The notes: a model not told the origin generated them from the letters alone. A stretch of 64,000 bases of DNA from Hyaloraphidium curvatum SAG 235-1 (GCA_025558095.1 JAIVFI010000005.1:434001-498000), one strand, 5' to 3'; numbered from the stretch's first letter, positions 27,790-42,029 are shown. Translations and numbers: made by a program.

Positions 27790-28968
27790 CTACCATGCAG
27801 TCAGCCTGCCGCGCGTGCCGTTGAACCACTGCGTCCCCATCTGGTACGCCGAGCTGAAAGTGAGGCCACGGATCGCCGTCCAGGGCTGGCTCGAAAGGAC
27901 CCAGTCCACGTTTTCGCAGCTCCTGTCCACGAGGCCAAGAATGACCCAGAAGGCGTTGCCAAACGCGCCGCCGAGGTAGCTCCCCTTGGAGCTCTGTCCC
28001 GAAGATGGACTGGCCTCCGACTCGCCGTCGCTCCCCGACGAATTGGTCCGCCCCTCGTTCTCCCACGCGTCCCGCATGCGTAACGGGATCTGCACGATGA
28101 TTCGCGCCAAGTGGGTGGCGACGCGAGCGCGCCCCGTGAGGTCCCAGTACGAAAGCTCCCGCAAGGTGGCCTGCAGCTCCATGAGCCGGAAGATTTCGTT
28201 CCGGCACGCGTCCCAGGCTTTTGAGCTGTTCAGGAAGTACTCGCGGAGCTTCGACAGAAACTCGTGCACAGCCTCCTGGGAGATGTTGAGCTCCGGGTTG
28301 GTCCTCCTCATCAGCTCCACCACGGACAGAATCTGGTCAAAGTTCCCGCTGAAGAACTCCTCCACGAGCTGGCCCAGCGCCGCACTGAAGGTCTCCTCCC
28401 CGGAGGCGGTGAACGTCCCTCGTTCGCCCTGCAGGTCGTACAGTCTCCGCTTCTTCGGGTCGCGGAGCGTCTCATACGCAGCCGCAAGCCGCTGAAACGC
28501 TTCGGTAGCCTGGTTGAGAGGTGATAAGAGAGAAAAAGAGAGGTATGGAGAGAGAGGAAAAGGATGGCGAGAGGTATGGAGAGAGAGGACAAGGATGGCG
28601 AGGAGGTCAAGTTAGGTCGGTATCGTTGGGCCGGCGGGACCGTCACCAACCCTCGGAGAGTTCCCGTGCCGGTCCGGGTGAATTTTGCGGCTCCTCTTCA
28701 GGTACAGTCGGCGGATCTCCGATTCCTCGAACTGGGCGGGATCGCGCCGCCGGCTGCCGGAAAGTCCAAGCACATCGTAGTATGTCCGGGCGGTGAGGAT
28801 GTCCTCAATGAGGAGTGCCTCGTCCGCGTCGCTCTCTGGAGAATCATCCGGTCTCCGCGGGCGGGACGGCGATGACGAGGGTGAGGACGGAGCGGGAGGA
28901 GGGGGTGCCGCGGGGGCCGCGGGTGCGGGCGTCGATGTCTGCGTCGCCCTCCGAAAGAACGACGTCAT
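27790..28968 (-). CDS. DnaJ (J-domain) co-chaperone
   Basis: YYDVLGL..EIRRLY..IHPDR..ATEAFQRLAAAYETLRDPKKRRLYD, with the HPD motif; one long intron about 28510-28647. Confidence 0.85.
28538..28599. repeat. Purine-rich tandem duplication (2 x 31 bp, 1 mismatch) inside the DnaJ intron
   Basis: GAGAGGTATGGAGAGAGAGGA(A/C)AAGGATGGC at 28538-28568 and 28569-28599. Confidence 0.9.
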
Positions 28969-29163
28969 TTTTCCGGTGCCGCGCCGCCTTTGACAACTGA
29001 AATGCGTCGTCTGATATGCTTCGAGGACCTTCAGAGCGCCATTTGTTTGGACGTCAAGAGTTCGGCTTGTGACTGCCGTCGCGAAGGCGCCGACTCCAAT
29101 CAACCAAAGCTTCAAGCAAAGGCCAACCGCCAACGGCCCCTGGAACCCGCCCCTTGAGCCGCG

Positions 29164-32100
29164 ATGAAGAGGAAAAGGGACACTCCGGAAGATCCGATGT
29201 CGGCAGCACCGAAATCTGGTGCCAAAAAGAGGGGAATGACCGACCTGAGGTGCCCCTACTTTCCCCTCCAACGCCGTTCAGCCGCTGACCTCTTCCCGCA
29301 GGGTCAAGGAGCTGAACCCCGATACGGACGGGACCAACACGTTCAAATTCGTCTCTTTCAAAGACCGGCTGAAGAAAGTGCGCGTTGGAACCACCCGGCT
29401 TTCGCTGGCTGGCGGTCTCCGAGCCCAGCTCCGGGACGAGGCGGACGAACACGATGCCACGTTTTCCTTCTTCAACGAGTCGGTGCAGAAGTGGAAGGAG
29501 CTCAACTGCACCACGGACTATACTCGCTTCGCTCGCGAGGTCGGAACCCTGAGCCACAGCTTGCCCATGGTGCTGTTCAACAAGGAGGCCCTCGTGGAAG
29601 CCCTGCTGAAGCATCTTGCGGTCCCGGACACGACTGCGGCGGACGGTCTTATGGATGCCGTCGTTGGATTGGCCAAGGATCTTGAGGAGGAACTTTACCC
29701 GTGGTTTCCGAGGGTGTTGGAGGCCATGGTTCCCTTTCTCGACTCTGACGATGCCAAAGCGGTCGAGGTGGGCACTCCACGTGTGGGCTCGCGGACCATG
29801 CTTTATTGACGGCTCGCCCAGTGCTCCTTCCAAGCGTTGGCACAGTTGATCAAGGACTTTTCGCGCCTGTTGGCGCGGGACTTCATCGGCACCTTCAGGC
29901 GAGTTGCCCGTCAAAGCTGGGGTCTCTGGCGACGTCACTGACCACCGCGTTTCCCACAGCCAGCTCCGCTGTCTCCTCAGCTCCACAAAGAACCACGTGC
30001 GGCGGTTCTCCGCGGAAGCTCTGGCATACCTACTGCGCAAGTTGGACAGACCGCAACGCACGGTGTTCGTTGGTCATCTTCGCGAGCTGCTTTCGGGGAC
30101 CGAAAAGTCCGCTAAGGACATGCGTCCATATGCGTTCGCCGACGGCTTGGGAATGCTGTTGCTTGAGACCGTGGTGTCAGTCGACGGGACACTCAACACT
30201 CGCGGTTCCGAGGTGTTGCAGGAGTTCGCTGCCGCTTTCCTTCTTGATGCTGGGGACGATGGCACACTTGACGCGTGTGCCGAGCCCGTCTTGCAGCCGT
30301 GGCAGTTCATGCTGCTCAGCGCAATGGCCGGGATCTTTGGGGCGATAAACGATGAAGGCCTGGGGACAATGGGGCGCACCGTGGGCACGTGGGTGGAGCT
30401 CTTGAACGGCAGAGTCACGGAATCCACGTCTCGTGGGAGCGCAGCACCCGCCGTAGCAGCTGCGGTGGAGCGGCTGTCGCTGGTCTGGAAGATTTGCCAG
30501 CTTTTGGTGATCTCTGGCCAAACAATCGTTCACGCGGAGAGCAAGGTGTGGTTTTGGCGTCTTGCGCAGACCGCAGCGGCTCTGCGCCTCGTGGAACGGC
30601 AGGCGCGGGAAGACTTGCCCCTTCCTGTTGATGCATGTGTGATGGACGCCTCGAGATTTGCCTCGAGATTGTTGGAAGCATGCACTGTGACGGAGGCTCT
30701 GATCCATGGCGGACCTTTTCTCGAGGCGTTGTTTGCACCCGGAGTGAGTTGCCGTACTCGAAGTTCTGCTTCACTAGCTAATCTGGGTTGCACTAGACAT
30801 TCGAACCGCCCACTGCGCTAGGGCCCTCCAGGCTGTTTTCTCGTCTGTCACCCAATCGTTACTTGAGGACAATGTCCCGGGTCGTGTCTGCTCTCGTTGC
30901 GTCGGTACTGGGCAGGAATCCGGAGGACCCGGCGGGCATCCTGGGATTGGTTGACGTAACCGGAGCAGACTCGAAATGGGGGACAATGGATCTCGTGGAG
31001 ATTCCTTCGACTGCAGAGGCAGCTTTGCTGAATGCGCTTGAACTGAGGGCACAGTCCTGCAGCGAAGCTAGCGCCGAGCTTGGACACTGGGACTCGCTGT
31101 ACTCGCTTTTGCGAGGCATGGCGAACGTTCGCCTTTCGTTGCCGCGTGCTGTTGGATGCTTGCGGAAACTGTTCGATGCCCTTGTTGCTCGCGATGGGTC
31201 TCTCAAGTCCGAGGCAGCTCGCGATCTCGTTCTGGCCGGTGCATTGGATTGTCTGAGAATCACCCTGGGTGCTCGCCGAACGCGATCCGATATGCTGGAC
31301 CTGTGCGAGATTGGCTTGAGATATGCGGGATTGCCAAGGCACGATTGGCGAGGCTTGGGAGCTTATCTCGAGACGCTTGCCTCGGCTTTCGAGGCCGTGC
31401 GAGACCGAAATCTTTGGCACTCTATGGAAGGCTCGGTGGATGTCTCGCTCGAGTCCTGCTATCCCGCATTGCGTGCTTTCCTTTCTGCGGGAGACGGCCG
31501 CATACGAAAGGGCGTGCTTCGGATCTTATGCCTGCTGGAAGACGATGCCAATGGGGCGGCGGAAGCGGAGTCGAAAGTCTTCCGAATGTGCCTCGAAGCC
31601 GAGGGCGTGGCGGCCGGGGTCACTACCATTCGCGAGAAGTCGATGAAGCTGGCATCGCTCGAGGTTCTACAGGGCAGCGGCAAGATCGAGAAGCGTTACA
31701 GGGATGCCGTTCCTCGCTTCTGTTTCGGTGCGATCGCCCTCCTCCGACAAGAGCTTCTATTACTTAACTCTGCGATCTTTCAGGGCTCCTCGGCGTCCGT
31801 TTTGCGCCACTTTGGAAGGACGCGACCCGGTTGCTTGTCCAATATGCTTCATTGAACCCCGATGCCTTTTGGACTGTCTTCAGCGAGGTCACGAGTATGC
31901 TTGAAAGCAAGGCTCCGGTGGCAGGCGACCTGGAAGAAACCTCCGAGGCGCCGGCATCGAACGAGCAGCTTTTTCAGTCCCTTGCGAAACTACACAATCC
32001 GGTGATCAACTCGAGACCCTTTCGCCGTATGGATCAGGAGGGCCGGTTTTCCCTGGAAGCGTTCAAGAATCCCGTGCTCGCGCTCGGAGCTCTGTATCAT

Positions 32101-35100
32101 GGAGTGGGTTTCCATCTGTTGGCTTTCCACACGTGCGGTTGATTCCTCCTCACTTTCAGGCGCTCGCGATGCCGGCGGATACCTTGCCTGAGCACGAGCA
32201 CTACGCACAAGCTTGGAAGCTGATGGAGAGCATTCCGCACGTCATTGAGAAGCACAGCAAAAACATCGTCGACCTGGTTTTGAAGGCCACTGCGGACGAG
32301 GATGCAGCTGCAGAAGCTGCTGAGCAGGTCGACGAGGTCGTTGTCGTTGGGGACGGCGGGGGCAGCGAATCGGCCGACGATGGTGCCGCGGCTGCCGCGG
32401 TACCTCCTTCTGCCAACTCCGGCGGACGTTCCAGGCTCGTTCTCTACTTCAACGTCATTTCTAAGTTCCGCAACGGCCCTGGTATCCACAGCGCGTCGCA
32501 CATGATGGAGATCTACATGCGTTACCTCGCCCATCCTTTTGCTGCTCTCCAGAAGGCAGCTCTTCAGTGCATTCTGACTTGGAAGTCGCCTGCCCTGACG
32601 GAGCACGTGGATACCCTTCTCGGACTCACGGACGATGCAAAGTTCCGCGAGACGTTGGCCGCGGCGGACGTGGCGTCGCTGCGGGCAAGCACCGCAGCAT
32701 CTGGGGCCGATGAGCTGTTTCGGGTTCTCTCCGCTGTTCTTTACGGCAAGCTTCTGTCCCGAACAGTGAGAGGGAGATCGGGAGGTGCATTAAAGGCACG
32801 CAGAAACGCCATTGCTCGCTTCTTGGGCACTTACACTGCGGAGGAACTGGGCGTAGTCATCGACATGATGACCGAAGCCTTCGGTGGCGCGGAGACACCG
32901 CCAGATTCTAGGACCCCGCGGAAATCATCGCTGCCTTCGATGCGCATTCAAATGGGCTTCCTGAACCTCCTTGGTGTCCTTTTGGACCAAATTGGGGCCA
33001 AGCTGGGGCCCTTTGTCGGCAGGATCATGCCAATTCTTCTGCGTATCCTCAAGAACGGTGCTTCCGAGTCCTCCGGGGGCATCTTCGGTAGCAGATCGGA
33101 TCGCAGGCGGCAGAAGGATGCCCGGAACCTTGCAATGAAGAGGATTACCGATCTCTTCAGTTTGGCGCACGAAGGACTCGATGCCTATGTGTCTGAGCTT
33201 TTCCAGATCTATCTGAACGACAGGATCGCCAAGTTTGGGCCGGAAAACGTTGACAACCCCAGCCCAACACTGTCGTTGCTTGTCGTCTGGTCGGCTCGCG
33301 ATCGCTACCGCGCTCTTTTGCACGACGGTCTATTGCGCGCCGTATTCGAAACACTTCTCAAGGAAAACGTATGCTCCGCCACCCTGTCGGCTGTGCTTAC
33401 GGTGGCTGAGAACGTCGTCGCTGCATTACCCAATGGAAGTATTCCGTCGTCTTCCGAGCGCGCGGAGTCGGCTGTCGAGGTTCTTGTTCGCGGGGTGGGC
33501 GTCATCTTGACCCGGCTCTTTGGTGCGGCTCTGAAGGAGGGCAAGGGGCGCATCGGCGACAGGGATCTTTTGCTCCGCTGCGTGTCTCTGCTGGCTTCAG
33601 CGGCCGATGCGGTCGGGAGCGACGAAGTTCTGGGACATGCCGTAGACATTCTTTTACCGGTGCTTGGCAGCTCGTCCAAGGGCATCCCGGAACGTGTGAA
33701 GATCGAGATGCTAGCCGTGATTGAGAAGTACGTTTCGCGCGGGCCCGCCGCGCTCACGGAGCAGGATTTTCGCACTTCGAAACTATACCGGACCGTTTCC
33801 CGCTGTTTTTCGTCGATGGACTCGCAGGCGGGGCGAGCAGCGCTGGACAAGTGTTTTGGATCCTTCGTCGCCGTCGATGCCGGGCTCGCCGCCGTTGCCT
33901 CGATCGTTGCGGACTTGAATGCCTTCTCGGCGCGGAAGGTGGAGGAGCCCGACTTTGACCGTCGCTTTGCCGCCTTCTCGGACATCAGCCAGCGAAGATA
34001 CGGGGAACTGTCTCCCGAGGAATGGCTTCCCGTGCTCCACAATCTTGTTTTCAGCGTAAGGGACGAGAAGGAGTTTTCCGTGCGGACGAACGCCGCGTTT
34101 TGTCTGGTCAAGCTGGTCGATCGTGCTTCGGAGGCGGTCCAAGAGGGGGGCGGCACCGCCTTCCGCGATTTGGTCGTGTTCGTGCTCCTTCCGGCCATCA
34201 AGGCGTCCATGAAGCGTGGCTCCGAGGCCGTCAGAAACGAGTTCTTGGGATTGCTTTCCCATATAGTGAAGCGAATGGCGGACGATCCCGTCTTCGAAGA
34301 CATGCGCTGCTTGGTGGAAGGAGCGGACGACGATTCCAACGTCTTCAGCAACCTGACGCACATGCAGCAGCACCGGAGGATCCGTGGACTCCGGAAGCTC
34401 ACGGATCACGCGACGGCCGGGGATCTGGCTCCGGCGACGGTGTCGAACATCTTCTTCCCCTATGTCCTGCACATCGCGCACGAGTACGACCGCACCAGCG
34501 ACCATGCCATGATTGCGGAAGCCGTCAATGCCCTCGGCAAGATGGCTTCGGTGCTCAACTGGGCGTCTTACTATGGGCATCTGAGGGGTGAGATAGCTGC
34601 CATCGACAAACGCCCGGACCGTGAGCGGGTCCAGGTGCGGCTTGTGGTCGCGGTTTTGGACGGTTTCCACTTCGAGTTACGGCTCGGAAATGGCAATACT
34701 GGCGAAGTCGAAGCAAATGAGAGCGTTGATCTTGAACCAGATGCGTTGCCCGGCGTTCCTTCAAGCGCCGCGAAAGTGCACCATGCCGTTGTCGGAAAGC
34801 TGCTTCCGGATCTCTATCGGCTCTTAAGGGATAAGGACAAGGAGGGTGAAAGCGAGGCGATCGCGACGCGCATCCCCCTTGCGCTTGCGATCGCGCGCTT
34901 GCTCGTGCGCCTTCCGGAGCAGTCTTTGGAAACCCAGCTCCCAAAGCTGCTCGTTGAGCTGTGCCAACGGCTGCGCAGCTTCTCGCAGGACCTGCGCGAC
35001 GGTGTGCGCGCCTCGCTGATCAAGATCAGCGACATCCTCGGCCCTTCTCATTTCGGCTTCCTCGTGAAGGAGCTTAGGACGGCTTTGACTCGCGGTCCCC

Positions 35101-37651
35101 AGCTCCACGTTTTGGCCTTCACAGTGCACGCATTGCTTGCTTCCGTGGTTCCGAAAGCCCAACCCGGCAGTTTGGACCATTGCATCGGCGATGTCACGGA
35201 GATTCTCCAGCAAGACCTGTTCGGCGTTGTGGCCGAGGAGAAGGAGGTGGCGGAACTGGCCAAGAAGATGCGCGAGTCCAAGGTCTCGAAGAGCCTGGAT
35301 TCCTACGAGCTGATTGCTAGCGTGGTGTCCTTGGATCGTGTCGGTCTTCTGCTGCGCCCCCTGAGGGAGATTGCCGATCGCGAGGCGAACCACAGGGTCA
35401 TGGATCGCGTTGACTCTGGTCTCAAGAGGATCGCTTCCGGGCTTGCGACCAACGCTGGTGTCGGTGCTGGCGATCTGATGCTCTTTATTCACGGGTTGAT
35501 GTCGGACGTCGTGCCGAAAATGGTGCAGGCTTCAGGCTCGCGTCACGCCGAGGGTCAAAGCGTGGCGGTATCGGAGCACCTGAACGCCCACCTGTTTGTG
35601 GGTTTTGGCTTATCGCTTCTCCTGAACGGTCTGCGGAGGGAGGTGATCCGGCTTTCCGATGACGAGCATGTCCGTATGCTCGACCCGATCATCTCGCTTC
35701 TGGCAACAACGGCGTCTTCGAAGCATTCCGGTGTTGCAGTCACTGGCTACAAAGTGCTGGGGTTCGTCGCAAAGGCCGCGCTTCCGGCGTTGGACGCGGC
35801 TAAGGACTCGATTCTGCGCACTGCGATGCGATCTGTAATGCGGAGCCCGAACCTCTCTTCCGATCTGGTGCAACAGACTCTCAAGTTCCTTGCTGTCATG
35901 ATCAGGGACACCGACGTGGATCTGTCCGACCAGCAGATTGCTGGCTTGATCTCCTTGATCACGCCGGAGCTCGAAGAAACGGCAAACCAGGCGACTTGCT
36001 TTGCCCTCATCAAAGCCATTGTTTCGAGGAAGTACATCTCGGACGACGTGTACAGTCTGATGGACCGGATTGCGTCGCTGCTCGTCACCAGCCAGAGCAG
36101 CGAAGTCAGATCGCTCTGCCGACAAGTATGGCTGCCTTTCCTTCTCGACTACCCACAAGGTGCAGCCAGGGTCACGAAGCAGCTCAGCTTCCTCATCAGC
36201 AACCTGGATTACGTACACGAGAGCGGACGGGAGTCTGCGCTCGAGATGCTCAACGTGGTTTGCAGGAAGCTCCCGGAGGAAACCTTGGCCGAGCACGTGC
36301 AGCTCTTGCTTCTGGCGCTCATTCCAAAGATGGTAGCCGACGAATCGGCCAAGTGCAGACGCATGGCTTCCGAACTTGTCAAGACCATTCTGCACCGACT
36401 GGATAGGGCGCAGCTGCAGACGGCATGCGAGCTGGCCCACGCTTGGTCGGCGCCAAGCTCGCCCGAAAGCCTCCGCATCGCCTCCTTCCAGCTCTACGGC
36501 CTCATTGCTGATCACGCACCGGAATTGATCAAGGAAAATCTGGGGACCATCCTCGACGCAGTGTGTCTTGCGATCAAGACCGCACTTTCTGCCAGCGAGG
36601 AGCCCGGGGAAAGCCTCGGACCCTGGCAGGTGGCGTATGCCGCCCTCAAATTGGCGGACAAGCTCCTGAGCTCGTGGTATGACCAAGCCGCCTCTTTTGC
36701 GTCATCCCGCGAGATATGGCAAGCTGCAGTGGACGCCCTGGTTCACCCACATGCGTGGATCCGTGCCAGCGCCTCCCGGGTCGTGGCCATCTACCTTACG
36801 GCGATGGCTTCCGGACACAAAACTGTCGATGCTGTGGTGGCCTTTGCCCTGGTGCAAAAGCTCGCAACCCAGCTCAAGAGTCCTGTGCTCTCGGACGAGC
36901 AGGCCGCGATGACCGTCAAGAACATGTTCTTGCTCGCCAAAGTCATTGCACAGGGCGTGCCGCACGAGGACTCCAGCGATCGCAACGATGGCCGTCGACT
37001 GCCTGATGCGTTTGGCTCGAATCCTCTGGGGTGGATGATTCTCAAGTTTGCGTCGATCGCACGAGCTCCCACGTCGTCGACATCGGTGCTTCAGGTGAGC
37101 GGTGACTTGTGCCGGGAAACGTACTGGACCCGCACTAACGACGAACTAGCGCGCCTCAATCTATCGTTGGTTTGCTGCGCTAGCAACGGCTGTGGACTTA
37201 GCTGCAGAGGAAAGCTACGCGATGCCCGTGGTGGCTGCCTTGTACCACGGCATCCAGTCGGAAACTGGCCGCGGGAAGGACATCGGTGAGGGTTTCCGTC
37301 GGTGCTCCGGCTGCCCAACGGGCTAACCAACGACATTCATTCCATAAAGACCAACTCAAAGCAACTGCGCAGGAGGTGATGGACCTGGTGCAAGCGCAGA
37401 TCGGCACCGAAGCCTACCTGCGGACCTACAACAAGGTCCACTTGCTGGCTTCCGAGAAGCGGCAGGAGCGGAAGGAAGCCAAGGCCATCCTTGCCGTGGC
37501 GGACCCTCAGAGCGCGAGCAAGCGCAAAATGCAGCGCAACGAAGCGAAGCAGCAGAGCAAGAAGCGCAAGATCACCGAGCGAATGAGGCTCAAGATGGCG
37601 TCGAAGCAGAATGTATCTCTTCGCTCCCGCAACCCCGAAAGCAGGGTCTAG
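29164..37651 (+). CDS. UTP20: SSU processome HEAT/ARM-repeat protein Utp20
   Basis: N-terminal FKFVSFKDRL..KWKELNCT..LPMVLFNKE..LAKDL; DRIM/DUF-like EEPDFDRR, LTHMQQHRRIRG; RGPQLHVLAFTVH; LLDYPQG..NLDYVHESGRES; basic C-terminus; about 2600 aa. Confidence 0.92.
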
Positions 37652-37665
37652 GGGCGCGATTACTT

Positions 37666-39636
37666 TCAGCGAAGCCGCATGATCATATCGCTAAGACGGG
37701 CTTGCGAGACCTCTAAGCGATCCATCGTCTTCTCCAACCGTTCCCGGTTGGCTCTGTCCTGCTCCGAGAGCGCGCCTTCCACTCCTTCCTCGTCGCTTCG
37801 CTGCAGCTTCTGAAGAAGGGCGCCCTTTTGGGACATCTCGTGCGCAAGCCGTTGCCTGAGCTTCGCCACAGTGGCATACACCGACCCAAGGAGAAGTTCA
37901 GCCGACTTCTTAAGATCCGTGTAGTAGAGGAAAAAGGTTCTTTGCGCGGAGCGGTCGGCGCCCTTCGGGACAGCCTGGCAAAGGGGAGGCTTTCGTTACT
38001 CTAAGTACAACCAAGGGCAAAGCCTGCACATGCCTGCAGATGCAAGAACTTAGCACGAAACAGTCCGTACAGCCGCTCCCGCGTTTCCTTTGGCGAAATC
38101 ATGGCAAGCCGGGTGACTTGCTTGTCATCCAGCTTGCCCTTCTGGAAAACCATGCCCCAAATGCGTGCACTGGGTCCGCCCAGCTTCTGATCGATGACAC
38201 GCTCTATCTCCTGCAGCTTGATCAGATCGGCAGCCCGCTGGAAGGCGACCGTGAAGCCCGAACCCGCCCCCCGATCCTGGGCCCTCGTCAACACATTGGG
38301 ATAGTCCATGGACATGACCTCCAAGTAATCGGCAACAATCCTTTCAAAGCCAGGCGGATCATCTCCGTAATCCATCCCAATGCTCAAAGTCGAAGGAAGG
38401 TTCCGTGCCAGCTCGAACGCAGTCACAGAAGCTGAATGGCAGATCGAGATGTCAGCGTCGGTGCAAATGCTGGCAAATCCGGCTAGCTACCCACGCAACT
38501 CCCCGATTTCGCCGCAGTGACGCATCTGTGCCGTTACCATTTCAAGCATTTGCGCGATGATAGCACCGGCAGTGTCGTTGAGGTGACGCCGCACGAGGTT
38601 GACTACTTGCTGGTTTCGCGTGATCACGGAACAGCGGTCAAAGTCGACCTTCCAAAAGACCGTTTCCTTGGAGAGTCCCCGGGATCAGGGAGCCAGAAAG
38701 TACGCCAGCAAACGACGCGTCTCACATCCACAGTATCCACGAAGGCGTCATCCGGTCCGGTTTTCCGCCGCTTGGAGTTTGACGTGGACGGAACAGGGTC
38801 GTTCGCCTTTCGTTTCTGCTCCTGGAGTTTGTCACGCTGACACGGATGGCTCGCGATGCAACCCACGAGCCCAAATCCGGCCTTGCTCTCGTACTGCTCC
38901 CTCGCCTTCTCGGCCGCCTTCCGTTTCGCCGCAGAGACGCTCTTTGCCGTCGGTACCGGCCCAATGCTGTCCAACTCCGAGTTTTCGTTCGAAATCTTGA
39001 GGTCCGCATCATTCATGCTGTCGTACTCGTCAACGGCAATGAGATACCCCTTGACTACCAGGAGGTTGAACGCCTTGTGCAACTCGTACATGTCTTACCC
39101 CGAAACCGATTAATCGCGGGCAAGACGGACAGTGGACGAGCTAGAGGATGCTCACCGTAATCGGCAAGCTCCGGGCTCGCACCCGCCTTGCTCTGGAGGT
39201 CCGCCAGACTCAATCGGCCGTTGGCAAACACTGCCAGCAGAGCCGCCCCGGCCTCGGCTCCGAACCGATGACGCGCCCCATGAACGATTGCAGGGATCTG
39301 CAGCCTGTCCAGAATGGCATCGATGCTGACGCTGTAGTAGACGACCGGTGGACGGCCCGCGATGTTCCCCTCGACCGTCTCGGCGTACGTCGCCACGTTG
39401 TGTTGCATGAGAACAAAGACTGCCTCCTTGACCGAGCGCATCGGAATCGAGGTGCCCGAAAGCTCCAACCGCCGGCTCTTGGAAAGGAAGCCGGGCTGCG
39501 CGTTGACCAGAGTGTGCACCGCGCCAAGCGTGAGGCGTCCTTTGGTCATCAGAGTCCATGCCACCGCCTCCGTCACGGGTCCGAAATGCTCGCGGATAAT
39601 CTGCCGCGCTAGACGCAGCTTTCCCGAGTGGGCCAT
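37666..39636 (-). CDS. RPC82: RNA polymerase III subunit C82/RPC3
   Basis: LARQIIREHFGP..KGRLTL..VKEAVFVLMQHN; KGKLDDKQV..AMI..KETRERLY; LQ|AVPKGADRSAQRTFFLY. Confidence 0.9.
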
Positions 39637-39737
39637 TGGGGCCGGCGGCAGTCCAGCGGCCGCCGCGAGCGCGGGGGTTTGTTTGTCCTTCTGAGAGCCA
39701 ACGCGTCGCGCGCGCGCTCTTCATTTCCGTCGGCGAG

Positions 39738-42029
39738 ATGTCCAACGCGGTGCCTCCGCCGTCGTCTTACGCGTCCTCGGGTTCCGGCGGCGGGTCCGGT
39801 GGTGGCTCGGGCGGAGGCTCGGGGGGAGGCTCTGGCCCGCCGATAGACTTTGCTGCAGGTTCGTGCGGTCTGCCGGCGATGTGCTTCCCAACTTCTGACT
39901 TTCGATGCATCGTGTTCAGCGCTCAACAAAGCAAAAGCGATAGCTGCGCAGCTCGGAAAGGCGCCCCCGCCTGGTCTGTGGTGTCTCCGGATGGCTTCGA
40001 CCTGCGCCTCACGAGTCGTTCAGGTGCTGACGGAGGTTCGAGCTCCAAGCGATCCCGATCTCACGAGCGTGATGGCGACGGACACGACGATGACCGCTCC
40101 GCGAAGCGGGAACGCTACGAATCGCGCGGTGCGTGCTTTCAACCGGTTTGGCCGGGTATCACTGACGCGTTCTCGCAGAGCCAACGATGTACCCGAGCCC
40201 CGCACCTCAACGATACGGCCTGGGCTCGGACGAGAGGCGGCAAAGGGATGCGGCGGGACCGTACGGCTCTTCGGGATCGGGGAGCAGCCACATCCAAGAA
40301 GAGTTTACCGTGCCAAACACTGTGGTTGGTAGCTTGGAAGCCCAAACCGTGCGCGCCGTCGAGCCCTCCTGTGCAGGTCGGGACCGTCATTGGGCGCGGT
40401 GGCGAAAACCTCAAGCGCATCGAGGGAGACTCTCGCGCACGCGTGCAGTTTGAGCAAAACTACAACGCCAGTGACCCCGAGCGCCGAGTCACCATCTCGG
40501 GCACCCCGGAGCAAGTCAGGATGGCAAGGGAAATGATTCAGCGCGTCGTCGACGAGAACATGGACCGCAGAGTTGGTGCTTTGGCGCATCGGCCGCTGCT
40601 TTGATGGATGACTTGCAACGCGGTGCAGCCCGGGTCGCAACCGTGGACGAGCTCTGGCGCCGACTACGGAGCGCTCCTCGCCACCGGGGGTGTGCAGCCC
40701 AGGCCGCAGCGTTACGACGGGGGTGGCCCAAACGAGCAGGTCTTCAGCATGACGGTGCCCAGGAGTTCGGTCGGACTCATCATCGGTCGAGGTACAATGT
40801 CGCCTTGGTTCTGCGCTACCTCCGTTGACAATAGTTGAACAACAGGGGGCGAGACTGTCCGGGATCTATCGGCGCGCTCTGGTGCCAGGATCAATGTCAC
40901 GCCCGATTCGCAGGCGGAGCCAGGGTCGACGGAGCGTACCGTTACCATCCACGGATCCATGGACGCGGTGGAGAAGGCCAGGAACATGATTGAGGACATC
41001 GTGAACAGCTCGCCGCCGGTCAGGGTGAGGACTATCATGTCACCCTTTAGCTGCTGGCGACTCAATCGTACTTCAGCCGCCAGGAGGAGGCGGGGCGTAC
41101 GGTCCTACCCCCGGAGGAATGGACGGCGGCGGCGGCTTCGGGTCCGATCGACACACCGAGATCATGGAAGTTCCGGGTCAGGTGGGACTTGCCGGTTGTT
41201 CTTTTCGAAATCGTAAATCGAAACGCGCCTGCGTAGTACGTTGGCAGCATCATCGGAAGGGGGGGAGCTGAGATCAAGGCTCTGGAGCGCGAAGCTGGAT
41301 GCCGGATCACCGTCGCACCCCCGGGGATGGGCGGCCCGACCCGACAAGTTACGCTCATTGGTGGGAGGGGGCCGTCCTGGGGGAGATTGGGAGCTGACGT
41401 TCTTGCTCTGCGAACGCCAGGGGCACCTGATCGCGTGGCTCTGGCGAAGCAGCTGATCGACGATCGCATCGCCGAGGCGGCCAGCGGGGTGCGCATGGTT
41501 TCTCCACTGCTTAGCTCGCCACTGATTTTGCTTCTCTGTTCACTAGTCGGGACCCAGGGGCGATCGCGGTGGTGGATATGGAGGCCGCGACCAGTACGGC
41601 GGCGGGTAAGCGTCTGTCGTGTCTTTGCCGAGAGCTTCCTTTCATTCACGGGTGCCATTAGGGGGCAGCAGGGGTACGGCGGGCAGGACTACGGATCTTA
41701 CGGAGCTGGTTAGTGTGCTCCGATTCGCGCTGGTCCTCATCCTGACTGTCCCCCTTAGCAGGAGCGCCTGCCGCCGCGGCGTACGATCCGAACTACTCCG
41801 CAGCCTTCTACAGCGACCCGAAGAACGTGGAAGCCTACTGGGGTAAGTGCGCGTCGCTCGTTGTGGCGCCCCCGTTCGCTCCGAGGTACGAGTATCGATC
41901 GCATTCGGATCGCCCACAGCTTGGTACGCGCAGACCTATCCTGAGCAATATGCGGCTTTAGTTGCGAGTGGTGGCGGGACAGGAGCGCCTCCAGGCGTCG
42001 GGGCAGACGAGAAGCCCCCCGGGGCGTAG
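39738..42029 (+). CDS. KH-domain RNA-binding protein (FUBP/KHSRP-like), multi-exon
   Basis: ALNKAKAIAA N-terminal helix; three KH GxxG motifs (VGTVIGRGGENLK, VGLIIGRGGETVR, VGSIIGRGGAEIK); Tyr-rich C-terminus (AYW/AWYAQ). Confidence 0.85.
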
